Both the position numbers and the translations under genes were made by a program. Of a DNA stretch of 64,000 bases, positions 1 through 10,144 are shown in pieces. Source of the DNA: an uncultured Candidatus Entotheonella sp. (GTDB taxonomy: Bacteria > Tectomicrobia > Entotheonellia > Entotheonellales > Entotheonellaceae); the NCBI GenBank assembly GCA_965217185.1, contig OZ244252.1, forward strand, positions 1,696,001-1,760,000, in the 5' to 3' direction. Each line of letters opens with the position of its first letter. Positions within the stretch are counted from its first letter, which is position 1. A model generated the notes under the pieces. That model saw only the letters and a program-made list of their open reading frames with translations. It was not told the DNA's origin and searched no databases.

Positions 1-1
1 A

Positions 2-826
2 ATACATCTGCAAGTCGGGATCCCAGGCGCCAGTGATCCAGGGGCCAGCGCCGCCGTACTCAGCGCTGTCGCCGGGCCAGCTTTCATAGCCGGGCTCGCC
101 GGGGCCGGGAATCATGTTGCATTCCCACAGGATTTCGCCATCTTCGGGATTGACGCCATAAACCCAGCCCGGCAGGCCGCCGAAGTCGGTGCCGTTCAGG
201 GGGACCAGGATCTGGCCCGGGATGGCCGTGGGCCCGATGGTGGTGGCGTAGCCCGTTGAGTCGCCGTCCTCAGTCTTTTCGAAGTCCTCGGGATAATCGA
301 GGTATTGCTTGACGAACTTCTGCTCGCCCGTCTTGTAGTGAATGGCGTGCAGCTTGGCGTCGTTCGACAGGAAGTAGACGTGATTCCCGAGGATAGCCAC
401 ACCGCGGTGCTTGCCGGTGATGAAATCGACGTTGTAGCCGCCAAACGTCTCGGGCAGCTCATGCTCATACTTCCAGATCCGCCGGCCGGACCGGGCGTCA
501 ATAGCAAAAACCTTGTTATCCTGCGCGAAGTACACCAGACCGTCATGGTACAGCGGCGTATTCTGCGCATCGGTCTCACCGCCCGGCGCGAACATCCAGG
601 CGACGTTGAGGTCGGCAACATTGGAGGTGTTCAGCTGCGTGAGCACGCTGTAGCGATGCCCGGCGAGATTGCCGTTGGTGTGCAGCCAAGATGCTGCCGG
701 GTCGGCCAGCAGCATTGAATCCGTCACCGCCAGATCATTCTGCGCGCTGACCCATGAGGCGGTTCCCATCAAGCAGAGCGCCAACGCGACGCCCACGCTC
801 GTGAGCTTCGTCAACATACGGTACAT
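2..826 (-). CDS. PQQ-dependent dehydrogenase (methanol/ethanol family), 5' part; runs off the window edge
   Basis: My own translation from ATG 826 (SD AAGGAG): signal peptide MYRMLTKLTSVGVALALCL, then W..TNGNLAGHRYS.LTQLNTSNVADLNVAW, TPLYHDG, AIDARSGRRIW and GGAGPWITGAWDPD, typical of the PQQ beta-propeller. Not in the ORF track. Confidence 0.85.
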   Translation of the reverse strand, partial: MYRMLTKLTSVGVALALCLMGTASWVSAQNDLAVTDSMLLADPAASWLHTNGNLAGHRYSVLTQLNTSNVADLNVAWMFAPGGETDAQNTPLYHDGLVYFAQDNKVFAIDARSGRRIWKYEHELPETFGGYNVDFITGKHRGVAILGNHVYFLSNDAKLHAIHYKTGEQKFVKQYLDYPEDFEKTEDGDSTGYATTIGPTAIPGQILVPLNGTDFGGLPGWVYGVNPEDGEILWECNMIPGPGEPGYESWPGDSAEYGGAGPWITGAWDPDLQMY

Positions 827-905
827 GGCCTACTCCTTATTGGGTTCAGAACATTTCGGTATGCCTTGCCGTGACACTGGCATGGCCCAATCCTGGAAGG
901 GCGCA

Positions 906-934
906 ATGTTATGGAGGCGCTCCAGGAGTGTCAA
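906..934 (-). promoter_or_regulatory. sigma70-type promoter for the PQQ dehydrogenase, with a palindrome in the spacer
   Basis: Minus strand TTGACA-17 bp-TAACAT; the spacer contains TGGAG-N3-CTCCA (912-924). Confidence 0.55.
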
Positions 935-1090
935 CCCCAAATTGTATTCCCGGCAGCGGTCGGAGGCCATTGTGACGCCGTTTCCAGCGCGCCGTTCCCG
1001 TTACTTTCGCGGCAGGTTGTGGATATAATGGCGGCCGGTTTGCCCGAGGAGCGAATCCCACCCTACAAACTACCCGTTGAGGAGTCACTT

Positions 1091-1519
1091 ATGCGCTTAG
1101 TCGTCCTGGCGATTATCCTGGCCATGTTCGCGGGTTTGGCAGCGACACCCCCCGCTTACGCGGAGGACGCCAATCCGGAATTGACGGCGGATTTACAGAA
1201 ATGGCTGGTTGGAAGCTGGATGTGCCGCTACAGCCGCTCCATGCGAATGCAGGCCATCTACAGAGCGGACAAGCAATTCGAGTGGATTTTCCATATCGGA
1301 ATCGTGCCGTATGCAACGACAATCCGAATCTTCGGGTCCTACGACATCGCCACGCCGGGCAGCGACGGTCACGACGCAGTGGTGCTGGCGACCATTCAGG
1401 GCTCGTTCCCGGAAGATCCCCAATATTCGGCGGGACGAGAGGAAAAGGCAGACTTTACGCAAACCGGAGCGAACACCATGCGGGATAGCAACGGGGATTG
1501 CGAGCGGGGCTCGGAATAA
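1091..1519 (+). CDS. Secreted hypothetical protein
   Basis: GAGGAG SD before ATG 1091; signal peptide MRLVVLAIILAMFAGLAATPPAYA; LVGSW motif typical of small beta-barrel exported proteins. Confidence 0.6.
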   Translation: MRLVVLAIILAMFAGLAATPPAYAEDANPELTADLQKWLVGSWMCRYSRSMRMQAIYRADKQFEWIFHIGIVPYATTIRIFGSYDIATPGSDGHDAVVLATIQGSFPEDPQYSAGREEKADFTQTGANTMRDSNGDCERGSE

Positions 1520-1587
1520 GCGGGAGCGGGACCAGATGAACGGTTAATTTAATAACGGTCCGCTCCCTCAATAGAAGACGGTCCCAC

Positions 1588-2709
1588 CTACTTCCCCCAA
1601 TAATGCGGCACCAGGATCTCCATGGGGGGCCGCAGCCGCCGGGCGTGCGGCACGGCGCGTTCGGCGAACGTCCGCTGCGAGTTGAGCACCTTGGCGAAAA
1701 AGGGATTCTTGGCGGATTCCACCTCGAACACCTTGTCCATCGCCTCCAGTTCGGCCTTCAGCACGTCGTCCGGCGTCCGCATGATTTCCACGCCATGCTT
1801 GCCGGTCAATTCTTCGACCGCCTTGCTTTCCAAGTCGACGCTGAACGCCGCCATGCGGATGATCTCAGCCAAGCAGGCAGATTTGACGATGGCCTTGAGG
1901 TCGTCCGGCAGCGCCTCCCAGACGCTGGTGTTGATCAACAAGTCCTGGAGTGAAGCGGGCTGCCGCAGGTCAGGCATGTAGTAATACTTCGTGACGTTGT
2001 GGAAGCCGATAAGGATGTCATGGCTGGGGATAGCCCACTCGGCTCCGTCCACGGCGCCGCGCTCCAATGCCGGCAGCACCTCGCCGCCGGGCAGCGTCAC
2101 CACCGATACGCCCATGTTCTGCATCATCTCCATGCCGAGGCCGGAGGTACGGTACTTCAACTGCCGCAACTCATCCAGGTTGGCAAACGGCTTGCGCACC
2201 CAGCCAAAGGCCTCCCAATACGGCAGGCCGGTGGTGAACAAGGCAACGACGTCCAGGCCGAGTTCCTTCTGCAACAACTCGTTGTAGAGGCTCGCGCCAT
2301 CGCCGGCGAACAGCCAGGCGAGGAATTCCTCGCGCCCGAGACCGAACGGGCCGCCGGGAGGCGGGCCGTACAGACCAGCGGCGGGATGCTTGCCGGCCCA
2401 GTAGCCCGGCCAAGCGTGCGCGGCGTCGATGAGGCCCCGGTGCACGGCGTCCAGAACCTCGAACGCCCCGACAATGGCGCCTGCCGGCATGACCTCCCAC
2501 CGGAGCCGACCGCCGGACATTTCCTCGACGTTTTCCGCCAGACGCTGGATCGATTTGTGCAACAGGTTGCCCGTCGGCCAAGTGCTCTGCAGCCGCCACA
2601 CAATCGGCTTGGCGCTATTTTCGGCCGCTGCTTGGGAAATCCAGCCACCACCGACCACCAAACACGCCAGCAGCAACGCAGTCGCCTTGATGTCCCTCCA
2701 TCCCTTCAT
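1588..2709 (-). CDS. dctP: TRAP transporter substrate-binding protein (DctP/TakP-like)
   Basis: WRLQSTWP, MSGGRL, AGAIVGAFEVLDAV, LKYRTSG, ALERGAVDGAEW motifs. Confidence 0.9.
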   Translation of the reverse strand: MKGWRDIKATALLLACLVVGGGWISQAAAENSAKPIVWRLQSTWPTGNLLHKSIQRLAENVEEMSGGRLRWEVMPAGAIVGAFEVLDAVHRGLIDAAHAWPGYWAGKHPAAGLYGPPPGGPFGLGREEFLAWLFAGDGASLYNELLQKELGLDVVALFTTGLPYWEAFGWVRKPFANLDELRQLKYRTSGLGMEMMQNMGVSVVTLPGGEVLPALERGAVDGAEWAIPSHDILIGFHNVTKYYYMPDLRQPASLQDLLINTSVWEALPDDLKAIVKSACLAEIIRMAAFSVDLESKAVEELTGKHGVEIMRTPDDVLKAELEAMDKVFEVESAKNPFFAKVLNSQRTFAERAVPHARRLRPPMEILVPHYWGK

Positions 2710-2772
2710 CCCATGCCCCCTCTCGGCAAACCTTGTTCGTCATACACTGCCCAACATTGCGAAACGGCGGGC

Positions 2773-2801
2773 ACCTTACGCGCTGGGTTGTATGGAGTCA
2801 A
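2773..2801 (-). promoter_or_regulatory. sigma70-type promoter for dctP
   Basis: TTGACT-17 bp-TAAGGT on the minus strand. Confidence 0.4.
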
Positions 2802-2929
2802 CCGGCCCATTCCGGGCGCCTAACGCCACCCTCAGCACCCCGGGCAAGCCACTTGAATTACGCGGTTGAAGAATCTACCCTACGTTGTTCGTCATCCAAT
2901 TACCAAGCTCTTTCACGGAGGAAGCACCC

Positions 2930-4690
2930 ATGGCCGCAGGCAGCCAGCCGCAATACCGTGTCGCCGTCCACAAAGACGTCCCGTTCCAAACCCGAGACGG
3001 TGTCACGCTGCGCGCTGACGTATACCGCCCGGACGCCGACGGACGCTTCCCCGTGCTGCTCACACGCCTGCCCTACGACAAGAACGGCCGCCAACGGCCC
3101 GGCGACATCGACTGCTTCGTGGAACGCGGCTACGTGGTCGTCGGGCAGGACACGCGGGGCCGTTTCGCCTCCGAGGGTGACGAGTACTACCCGCTCATCT
3201 GGGAAGCCCAGGACGGCTACGACGCGGTGGAATGGGCCGCCGCCCTGCCCTGGTCAGACGGCAACGTCGGCACCATGGGCCAGTCCTACCTCGGTGCCAC
3301 GCAGTACCTGCTACTGCCGACCCGCCCGCCGCACCTGAAGACGGCGTTCCCGGTTTCCGCGTCGGCCGATTTTCATCAAAGCTGGGTCTACCACACCGGC
3401 GGCGCCTTTGAATTCGGTTGGCAAATCCCCTACGCCATTCTGATGGCCCGCGACTCGCTCGCCCGCCAGGGGCTGACGGAATCGCTGTTGCCGGCCCTGG
3501 AACGGGAGATCACCGACCCCGTTATCCCCTTCGGCCAGCCCCTCACCGAGGCCGCCTGCCGCCGGCTCCCACTGACCTACTGGGACGACCTGCTCAAGCC
3601 GGTAGCCCGCTACCTCGGCGAGTACCTGCGCCATCCCGACGACGGCCCCTACTGGTGGGCCATCAACCTGGAACGGCAACTGCACAACATCAACATCCCG
3701 ATGTATCACGTCACCTCCTGGTACGACATCTTCCTGCGCGGCGGCTTGGCGGCGTTCGGCGGCCTGCGCGAGCACGCCATGGGCGAAACGGCGCGCCAAC
3801 ACCAGAAGCTGCTCATCGGCCCTTGGGCGCACCTGTTTCCATACACCAGCCCCACCTCACGCGGCGCCGGCGACATCGACTTCGGCGACAACGCCAAAAT
3901 TGAATTGCAAGAGACGCAACTGCGCTGGTTCGATCACTGGCTGAAGGGCATCGACACGGGAATCACTGACGAACCGCCGGTGAAGCTGTTCGTGATGGGA
4001 GAAAACGCTTGGCGCGACGAGAACGAGTGGCCGCTGGCGCGCACCCGCTACACGCCTTATTACTTCCACAGCCAGGGCCAAGCCAACAGCGCCGCCGGCA
4101 ATGGCAGCCTGAGCCCAGCAGCACCCACCGAGGAACCGCCAGATCGTTTCCTGTACGACCCGGATGATCCGGTGCCGACCCGCGGCGGCAACACGCTGAT
4201 CATCGCAGTCGGGGTGCAGGACCAACGGGAGGTGGAAGCACGGCAGGACGTTCTGGTTTACACGGGCGAACCGTTAAGCGAGCCGTTGGAGGTGACTGGT
4301 CCCATCACCGTAACGCTTTTCGCCGCCACCAGCGCGCCGGACACCGACTTCACCGCCAAATTGGTGGACGTGCGGCCCGACGGCTACGCACGCAATCTGG
4401 CAGACGGCATCATCCGGGGCCGCTACCGCGCCTCCCGCACCCGCCCCACCCTGTTGCAACCCGACACCGTCACCGAATTCACCATCGACCTCTGGGCCAC
4501 CAGCCACGTGTTTCTGCCGGGGCACCGCATCCGGGTGGAGATTTCTTCCAGCAACTTTCCACGCTTCGACCGCAACCTCAACACCGGCGGCGACCAAGCG
4601 ACCAGCAGCCGGTTCCAAACTGCGAGCCAGAGCGTGTTCCACGATTCCCGGTATCCTTCGCACATCGTGCTGCCGGTCATTCCGAGGTAG
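2930..4690 (+). CDS. CocE/NonD family hydrolase
   Basis: RDGVTLRADVYRP, QDTRGRFASEG, nucleophile motif GQSYLG, IGPWAH and C-terminal SSNFPRFDRNLNTG; SD GGAGG before ATG 2930. Confidence 0.92.
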   Translation: MAAGSQPQYRVAVHKDVPFQTRDGVTLRADVYRPDADGRFPVLLTRLPYDKNGRQRPGDIDCFVERGYVVVGQDTRGRFASEGDEYYPLIWEAQDGYDAVEWAAALPWSDGNVGTMGQSYLGATQYLLLPTRPPHLKTAFPVSASADFHQSWVYHTGGAFEFGWQIPYAILMARDSLARQGLTESLLPALEREITDPVIPFGQPLTEAACRRLPLTYWDDLLKPVARYLGEYLRHPDDGPYWWAINLERQLHNINIPMYHVTSWYDIFLRGGLAAFGGLREHAMGETARQHQKLLIGPWAHLFPYTSPTSRGAGDIDFGDNAKIELQETQLRWFDHWLKGIDTGITDEPPVKLFVMGENAWRDENEWPLARTRYTPYYFHSQGQANSAAGNGSLSPAAPTEEPPDRFLYDPDDPVPTRGGNTLIIAVGVQDQREVEARQDVLVYTGEPLSEPLEVTGPITVTLFAATSAPDTDFTAKLVDVRPDGYARNLADGIIRGRYRASRTRPTLLQPDTVTEFTIDLWATSHVFLPGHRIRVEISSSNFPRFDRNLNTGGDQATSSRFQTASQSVFHDSRYPSHIVLPVIPR

Positions 4691-4709
4691 GAGGCATTCG
4701 CTCGCCGCG

Positions 4710-5723
4710 TCAGCCCTGCAGCCGCTGGCGCAGATCGCTGATCGTGTATTTGCCCGGCTTTTCGCGTTTTGCCGCCATGTCATTGATCAGGTCCAGCAGG
4801 AGACTGCTGCATGGCGTTGGGACATTGTGGTGGCGGCCAAGCTCAACGATCTCGCCGTTGAAATAATCGGCTTCCACCTCGCCGCGCTGGTGATGCAGGT
4901 CCTGCCACAGTGAGGCGCGGCCCTTGAGTTCCTCGTCCTCCGGCACATCCGGCTTGAAGTCTGGATTGCGCAACTCGGCAATGCGGTCTTCGATCGGTCC
5001 CATGTCGGGCGGCCCTTCGTAGGCGATCCCGGCGGCGCGCAGCACCCGGGCGCCCTCCTCCCACACGTCCGCCATCCACAGACGTGCCTCGCCGTTCGAA
5101 CGCGCTTCCTGACTGGCCAGCCCGGTCAGGCCCATGGTGGCGTTGTTGAGGTTGATCAGCATCTTGTTCCACTTAGCCTGGACAATGCGTTCGGTGGTGT
5201 AAACCGACAAGTCGGTCTTTTCCAGAGCGGCGGCGACGTCCTGGGCCGCTTGGCTGAGTCCCTCCGGATAGGTGCCGACGCCGACCGGCCCGTTGCCGGT
5301 GTGCACGATTTCTCCCGGGTTCAGGCGCTTCGCGCCGATCAGCACCATGACGCCGTTGACGTTTCTGAAGTATTGACCCGCCGTGGGCTCGTTGGCGACC
5401 CCGTTCTGCGAACAGAAGATCGGCAATTCCAACGCCGTGGCACGCCGCAGCTCGGCACAAGCAGCAGCGCAGTGGAACGATTTGACGGACATGAACACCG
5501 CGTCGTCGGGTCGAAAGTCGATGTCGCTGGCCTGCATCACGGCGGTGACCGGCAGGGTGTGGTTGCCGAGCACCCCCTTGAGTTGCAAACCGTGCTCGTT
5601 GAGCGCCGCGACGTGCTCGGCAATTTTATCGATGAAGATAACCTCAAAACCGGCTTTGGCCAGTTGACCGCCCAGGACTCCCCCAATCGCACCCGTACCA
5701 CACATGACGAAACGCATTGGCAT
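4710..5723 (-). CDS. Ketopantoate reductase family protein (PanE/ApbA)
   Basis: GTGAIGG Rossmann motif, VKS, QNG, KWNKMLIN, SLWQDL..EADYFNGEIV. Confidence 0.85.
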   Translation of the reverse strand: MPMRFVMCGTGAIGGVLGGQLAKAGFEVIFIDKIAEHVAALNEHGLQLKGVLGNHTLPVTAVMQASDIDFRPDDAVFMSVKSFHCAAACAELRRATALELPIFCSQNGVANEPTAGQYFRNVNGVMVLIGAKRLNPGEIVHTGNGPVGVGTYPEGLSQAAQDVAAALEKTDLSVYTTERIVQAKWNKMLINLNNATMGLTGLASQEARSNGEARLWMADVWEEGARVLRAAGIAYEGPPDMGPIEDRIAELRNPDFKPDVPEDEELKGRASLWQDLHHQRGEVEADYFNGEIVELGRHHNVPTPCSSLLLDLINDMAAKREKPGKYTISDLRQRLQG

Positions 5724-5764
5724 ACTCCTCCAGTGAACATCGGATTCCGGGAAAACAAGGCCCG

Positions 5765-5793
5765 GTTGTACTCACAACAATACGGCAGGTCAA
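5765..5793 (-). promoter_or_regulatory. Putative sigma70 promoter for the PanE-like gene
   Basis: TTGACC-17 bp-TACAAC on the minus strand. Confidence 0.35.
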
Positions 5794-5816
5794 TAAGATG
5801 TCCGGCACCAGCAGGG

Positions 5817-6554
5817 TTAAAGGTCCTCCAGAAAATCGATAATCGCCTGGCGAAAGGCGACGGCGTGGCTGGTCATGATGCCGTGACGGCCGCCCTCAAT
5901 GCCGATCAAAGAGGCGTTACGTAATCCGGCGTGCAAGCGGCGGCCTTCGGTAAACGGAACTTCTTCGTCCGCCGTGCCATGCAGGACGAGCGCCGGCGCC
6001 TCAACCTCACCCAGGCGGCTGGCAATCGGGTCGCCATGCAGGTGATAGGCCAGGTAAGTCTGCAGAATACCGCCAACGGCTCCACCCGAGGCTTGCCCCA
6101 GGATATTCCGCAGGTCCGACAGAGCGGTGGTGCCCAGATAAGTCGTCAGCGAAGCCAGTTCCGGCGGCACCCGCACCGTCTGCGAGGCGGTGCTGCTGAG
6201 CACCAGGGCCATGACCCGTTGCGGGTAATCCAGCGCGCACTGCAGCACCTGCGGCCCGCCGGCCGAGGTGCCCATAAGCACGGCCCGAGGGTGCCCCAAA
6301 TGATCCAGCAGGGCCATGATGTCGGCAACAAAACTATCGAACCCGTAGCCGCCTGCCGGCTCCTCCGACTGCCCGGCGGCGCGGCGGTCATAGGCAATTA
6401 CCGTGGCGTGCCGGGCCAACTCGGCCATGTGATGCTGCCGGAACACCTCACTGCCCCTGCCGCCGCCCAAACCGCCGTGCACGAACAGAAGGGGCACGCC
6501 CTCACCGGCAATCTGGTAATACATATCGAATCCGTTGATCCGTTCCTTCGGCAT
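5817..6554 (-). CDS. Alpha/beta fold hydrolase
   Basis: HGG oxyanion motif, GTSAGG nucleophile elbow, HGTAD and a C-terminal His. Confidence 0.85.
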   Translation of the reverse strand: MPKERINGFDMYYQIAGEGVPLLFVHGGLGGGRGSEVFRQHHMAELARHATVIAYDRRAAGQSEEPAGGYGFDSFVADIMALLDHLGHPRAVLMGTSAGGPQVLQCALDYPQRVMALVLSSTASQTVRVPPELASLTTYLGTTALSDLRNILGQASGGAVGGILQTYLAYHLHGDPIASRLGEVEAPALVLHGTADEEVPFTEGRRLHAGLRNASLIGIEGGRHGIMTSHAVAFRQAIIDFLEDL

Positions 6555-6668
6555 GCGCAACACCCCCCACGAGGTAGTGAATGCCCCACGTTTTTGTTAC
6601 CCCGTCGGGTTTTTGTTACAGTTGAAAGTCAATTCGTACCTTAATGCGCTGGAGAAAACGAGTCTAAC

Positions 6669-9600
6669 ATGAACATTCAGGAGTTATTGAAGGAACGCGT
6701 CCTGGTTCTGGACGGCGGGATGGGGACTTTCCTGCAGGCCAAGCCGCTCACGGCTGCCGATTTCGGCGGCCCCGACTATGAGGGTTGCTACGAACATCTG
6801 AACCTCACGCGGCCCGACGTGCTCCGCGACATCCACGGCGCCTACCTGCATGCCGGCGCCGACATTATCTGCACCAACACCTTCGGCGGCACACGCATCG
6901 TGCTTTCCGAATACAACCTGCAACATCAGGTGCACGCCATTAACGCCGCGGCGGCGCGCCTGGCGCGAGAAGCCGTCGCCGCACACAACACGTCGGACAA
7001 GCCGCGCTTTGCCGCCGGATCACTGGGGCCGCAGACCAAGACCATCACCGTTACCGGCGGCGTGACGTTCGACGAGGTCATCGATGCCTTCCGCGAGCAG
7101 ACCCTGGGGTTGCTGGAGGGCGGCATCGATCTGCTGCTCATCGAAACGGCGCAGGACACGCTGAACCTCAAGGCGACGGTCATGGGCGCCCGCCGCGCCA
7201 TGCTGGAGGCCGGACGCCAGGTGCCCGTGATGATTTCGGTGACCATCGAGCCCATGGGCACCATGCTCGGCGGCCAGAACGTCGAGGCGCTTTACACCTC
7301 CATCGCGCACTACGAGCCGTTGTCCATCGGCCTCAACTGCGCGACCGGCCCGGAGTTCATGACTGACCACCTGCGCAGCCTCGCCGACCTGTCATCCGTT
7401 CCCGTCAGTTGCCATCCCAACGCCGGCTTGCCGGACGAAGACGGTCACTACCACGAGACGCCGACCTCTCTCGCCACGCAGCTCGAACGCTTTATCGACA
7501 ACGGCTGGCTGCACGTCGCCGGCGGCTGCTGCGGCACGTCCCCACAACATATCGAAGTGTTGGCCGACATGGCACAGAGCAAGCGTCCGCAGCCGCCTGC
7601 GAACCGCACGGTTGTGGCCGTCTCGGGTCTGGACTATCTGCCCCTGGAAGCCGACAACCGCCCGGTCATCGTGGGCGAACGCACCAATGTCATCGGCTCC
7701 AAGCGTTTCCGCGACCTGATCAGCGCCGGCGAGTTTGAGCGGGCTGCCGACATCGGCCGCGCCCAGATCAAGGGAGGCGCACAAGTAGTAGACATTTGCC
7801 TGGCCAATCCAGACCGCGACGAATACGCCGACATGCAGCATTTCCTGAAATTCGTCGCCGGCAAGATGCGTGTGCCGCTGATGTTCGATTCCACCGAGGC
7901 GCCGGTCATTGAGTTGGCGCTGAAACACTCGCCCGGCAAGGCCATTGTCAACTCGATCAACCTCGAAGACGGCGAGGAGCGCTTCGCCGCTATCGTGCCG
8001 TTGCTGCGCACGTATGGCGCCGCGGTGGTGGTCGGTTGCATCGACGAGGACCCAGTGCAGGGCATGGGCGTCAGCCGCGAACGTAAACTGGCCATCGCCC
8101 AACGCGCTTACGACTTGCTCACCGCCGAATACGGCCTGTCGCCACGGGACATCATCTTCGACCCGCTCGTCTTTCCGGTCGGCACCGGCGACGAAAACTA
8201 CATCGGCTCAGCCGCCGAGACCATCGCCGGCGTCCAGGCGATCAAGGAACGGTTCCCTCTGTGCAGCACCATCTTGGGTATTTCCAACGTCTCGTTCGGC
8301 CTGCCCAACGCCGGACGCGAGGTACTGAACGCCGTATTTCTCTACCACTGCACCCGCGCCGGCCTGGACTATGCCATCGTCAACTCGGAACGGCTCGAGC
8401 GCTATGCCTCCATTTCGGAGGAAGAGCGCCAACTGGCCGAAAATCTGCTGTTCTGGCGCGGTGACGACCCCATCGGCGCGTTTAGCGGATTTTATCGAGG
8501 GAAAAAGCCCGGCGCCCGCAAGCCGACCGTCACCCTGCCCTTGGAGCAGCGGCTCCCGTCCTACGTGGTGGAGGGGAGCAAGGACGGCCTGTTTGCCGAC
8601 CTCGAGCAGGCCCTCGGACAGTACGCCGCCATGGAAATCATCAACGGCCCGCTGATGGACGGCATGTCTGAGGTGGGGCGGCTGTTCAACAACAACGAGT
8701 TGATCATTGCCGAGGTGCTGCTCAGCGCCGAGGTGATGAAGGCGTCGGTGGCCTACCTGGAGCCCTACATGGAGAAGGGCGAGAGCAGCCTGAAGGGCAA
8801 AATCATCCTGGCTACCGTCAAGGGCGACGTGCACGACATCGGCAAGAATCTGGTGGACATCGTGCTGAGCAACAACGGCTTTGAGGTCATCAACCTGGGC
8901 ATCAAGGTGTTGCCGCAGCAGTTGATCGAGGCGTACCGCGCCGAGCAACCGGACACCATCGGCCTGTCCGGGCTGTTGGTCAAATCGGCCCAACAGATGG
9001 TGTTGACGGCGCAGGACCTGCGCGAAGCCGGCGTCAAGGCTCCTATCCTGGTGGGCGGCGCAGCGCTGTCGAATCGCTTCACGGCGCTGAAGATCGCCCC
9101 CGCGTACGACGGTGCGCCGGTTCTGTACGCCAAGGACGCCATGCAGGGTCTCGACCTCGCCAACCAGCTCAGCAAGGATTCCCAGCGCGAAGACCTCGTG
9201 GCACGGGTGCAAGCGGAACAACAGGCGTTACGCCTGCGCGCCAGCGATGCCGAACCGCAGCGCGCCCCTGCCACGGCCAGTCGCGTCCAGCGCTCAGCGG
9301 TGCGTACCGACGTGCCGCTGCCCGGCGTCCCGACGTTCGAGCGCCTGGTGTTCCGCGACCTGTCGCTCGACTATTTGTGGCCCTATCTGAACCCGCAGAT
9401 GCTCTACGGCAAGCACATGGGCCTGCACGGCAACGTGCAGAAACGCTTCGTGCAGGGAGACTCCAAGGCCATCGCCATGAAAGAGCGCATCGACGCGGTG
9501 TTTCAGGAGATGGTAGACGCCCATCTGGTTAGCGCGCACGCCGTGTGCCGCTACTTCCCGGCGCAGGCCGAAGGCGATACCGTGCTCATCTACGATCCGG

Positions 9601-10115
9601 ACAACCCCGCCAAGTTGATTGAGCGCTTCACGTTCCCGCGCCAAAGCGGCGGCAAGCACCTCTGCCTGGCCGACTTCGTGCGGCCCGTCGAGTCGGGCGA
9701 CATGGATTCGGTCGCCTTCTTCGTCGTCACCTGCGGCCTGGGCGTGCGCGACCTGGCAGCCATGCACAAAGACGCCGGCGCCTACATGCGCTCCCACGCC
9801 ATCCAGGCCATCGCCATCGAGTTGGCGGAAGCCTATGCCGAGAAGCTGCATCAGGATCTGAGAGCTTGGTGGGACTTCCCCGACCCGCCGGAAATGACCA
9901 TGCGCGACCGCTTCCGGGCGGCGTATCGTGGTCTGCGGGTGTCGTTCGGCTACCCCGCCTGCCCGGACCTGGAGGATCAGGACAAGCTGTTTCGCCTGCT
10001 GCGCCCGGAGGCCATCGGCGTGCAGTTGACCGACGGTTTCATGATGGACCCCGAGGCGTCGGTGTCGGCACTCGTGCTGCATCACCCGGAGGCGGAGTAT
10101 TTTCGGGCCGAATAA
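6669..10115 (+). CDS. metH: B12-dependent methionine synthase
   Basis: LDGGMGT, NCATG and GGCCG (Zn/homocysteine domain), VGERTNVIGSK pterin domain, DVHDIG cobalamin motif, SFGYPACPDL activation domain. Confidence 0.97.
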   Translation: MNIQELLKERVLVLDGGMGTFLQAKPLTAADFGGPDYEGCYEHLNLTRPDVLRDIHGAYLHAGADIICTNTFGGTRIVLSEYNLQHQVHAINAAAARLAREAVAAHNTSDKPRFAAGSLGPQTKTITVTGGVTFDEVIDAFREQTLGLLEGGIDLLLIETAQDTLNLKATVMGARRAMLEAGRQVPVMISVTIEPMGTMLGGQNVEALYTSIAHYEPLSIGLNCATGPEFMTDHLRSLADLSSVPVSCHPNAGLPDEDGHYHETPTSLATQLERFIDNGWLHVAGGCCGTSPQHIEVLADMAQSKRPQPPANRTVVAVSGLDYLPLEADNRPVIVGERTNVIGSKRFRDLISAGEFERAADIGRAQIKGGAQVVDICLANPDRDEYADMQHFLKFVAGKMRVPLMFDSTEAPVIELALKHSPGKAIVNSINLEDGEERFAAIVPLLRTYGAAVVVGCIDEDPVQGMGVSRERKLAIAQRAYDLLTAEYGLSPRDIIFDPLVFPVGTGDENYIGSAAETIAGVQAIKERFPLCSTILGISNVSFGLPNAGREVLNAVFLYHCTRAGLDYAIVNSERLERYASISEEERQLAENLLFWRGDDPIGAFSGFYRGKKPGARKPTVTLPLEQRLPSYVVEGSKDGLFADLEQALGQYAAMEIINGPLMDGMSEVGRLFNNNELIIAEVLLSAEVMKASVAYLEPYMEKGESSLKGKIILATVKGDVHDIGKNLVDIVLSNNGFEVINLGIKVLPQQLIEAYRAEQPDTIGLSGLLVKSAQQMVLTAQDLREAGVKAPILVGGAALSNRFTALKIAPAYDGAPVLYAKDAMQGLDLANQLSKDSQREDLVARVQAEQQALRLRASDAEPQRAPATASRVQRSAVRTDVPLPGVPTFERLVFRDLSLDYLWPYLNPQMLYGKHMGLHGNVQKRFVQGDSKAIAMKERIDAVFQEMVDAHLVSAHAVCRYFPAQAEGDTVLIYDPDNPAKLIERFTFPRQSGGKHLCLADFVRPVESGDMDSVAFFVVTCGLGVRDLAAMHKDAGAYMRSHAIQAIAIELAEAYAEKLHQDLRAWWDFPDPPEMTMRDRFRAAYRGLRVSFGYPACPDLEDQDKLFRLLRPEAIGVQLTDGFMMDPEASVSALVLHHPEAEYFRAE

Positions 10116-10144
10116 CGCCAAACCCGTGATTGGGGGACCGAGAC

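Noticed and set aside
6555..6668. SAM or cobalamin riboswitch upstream of metH
   Set aside because: The region is short, shared with a divergent gene and lacks recognisable conserved cores.
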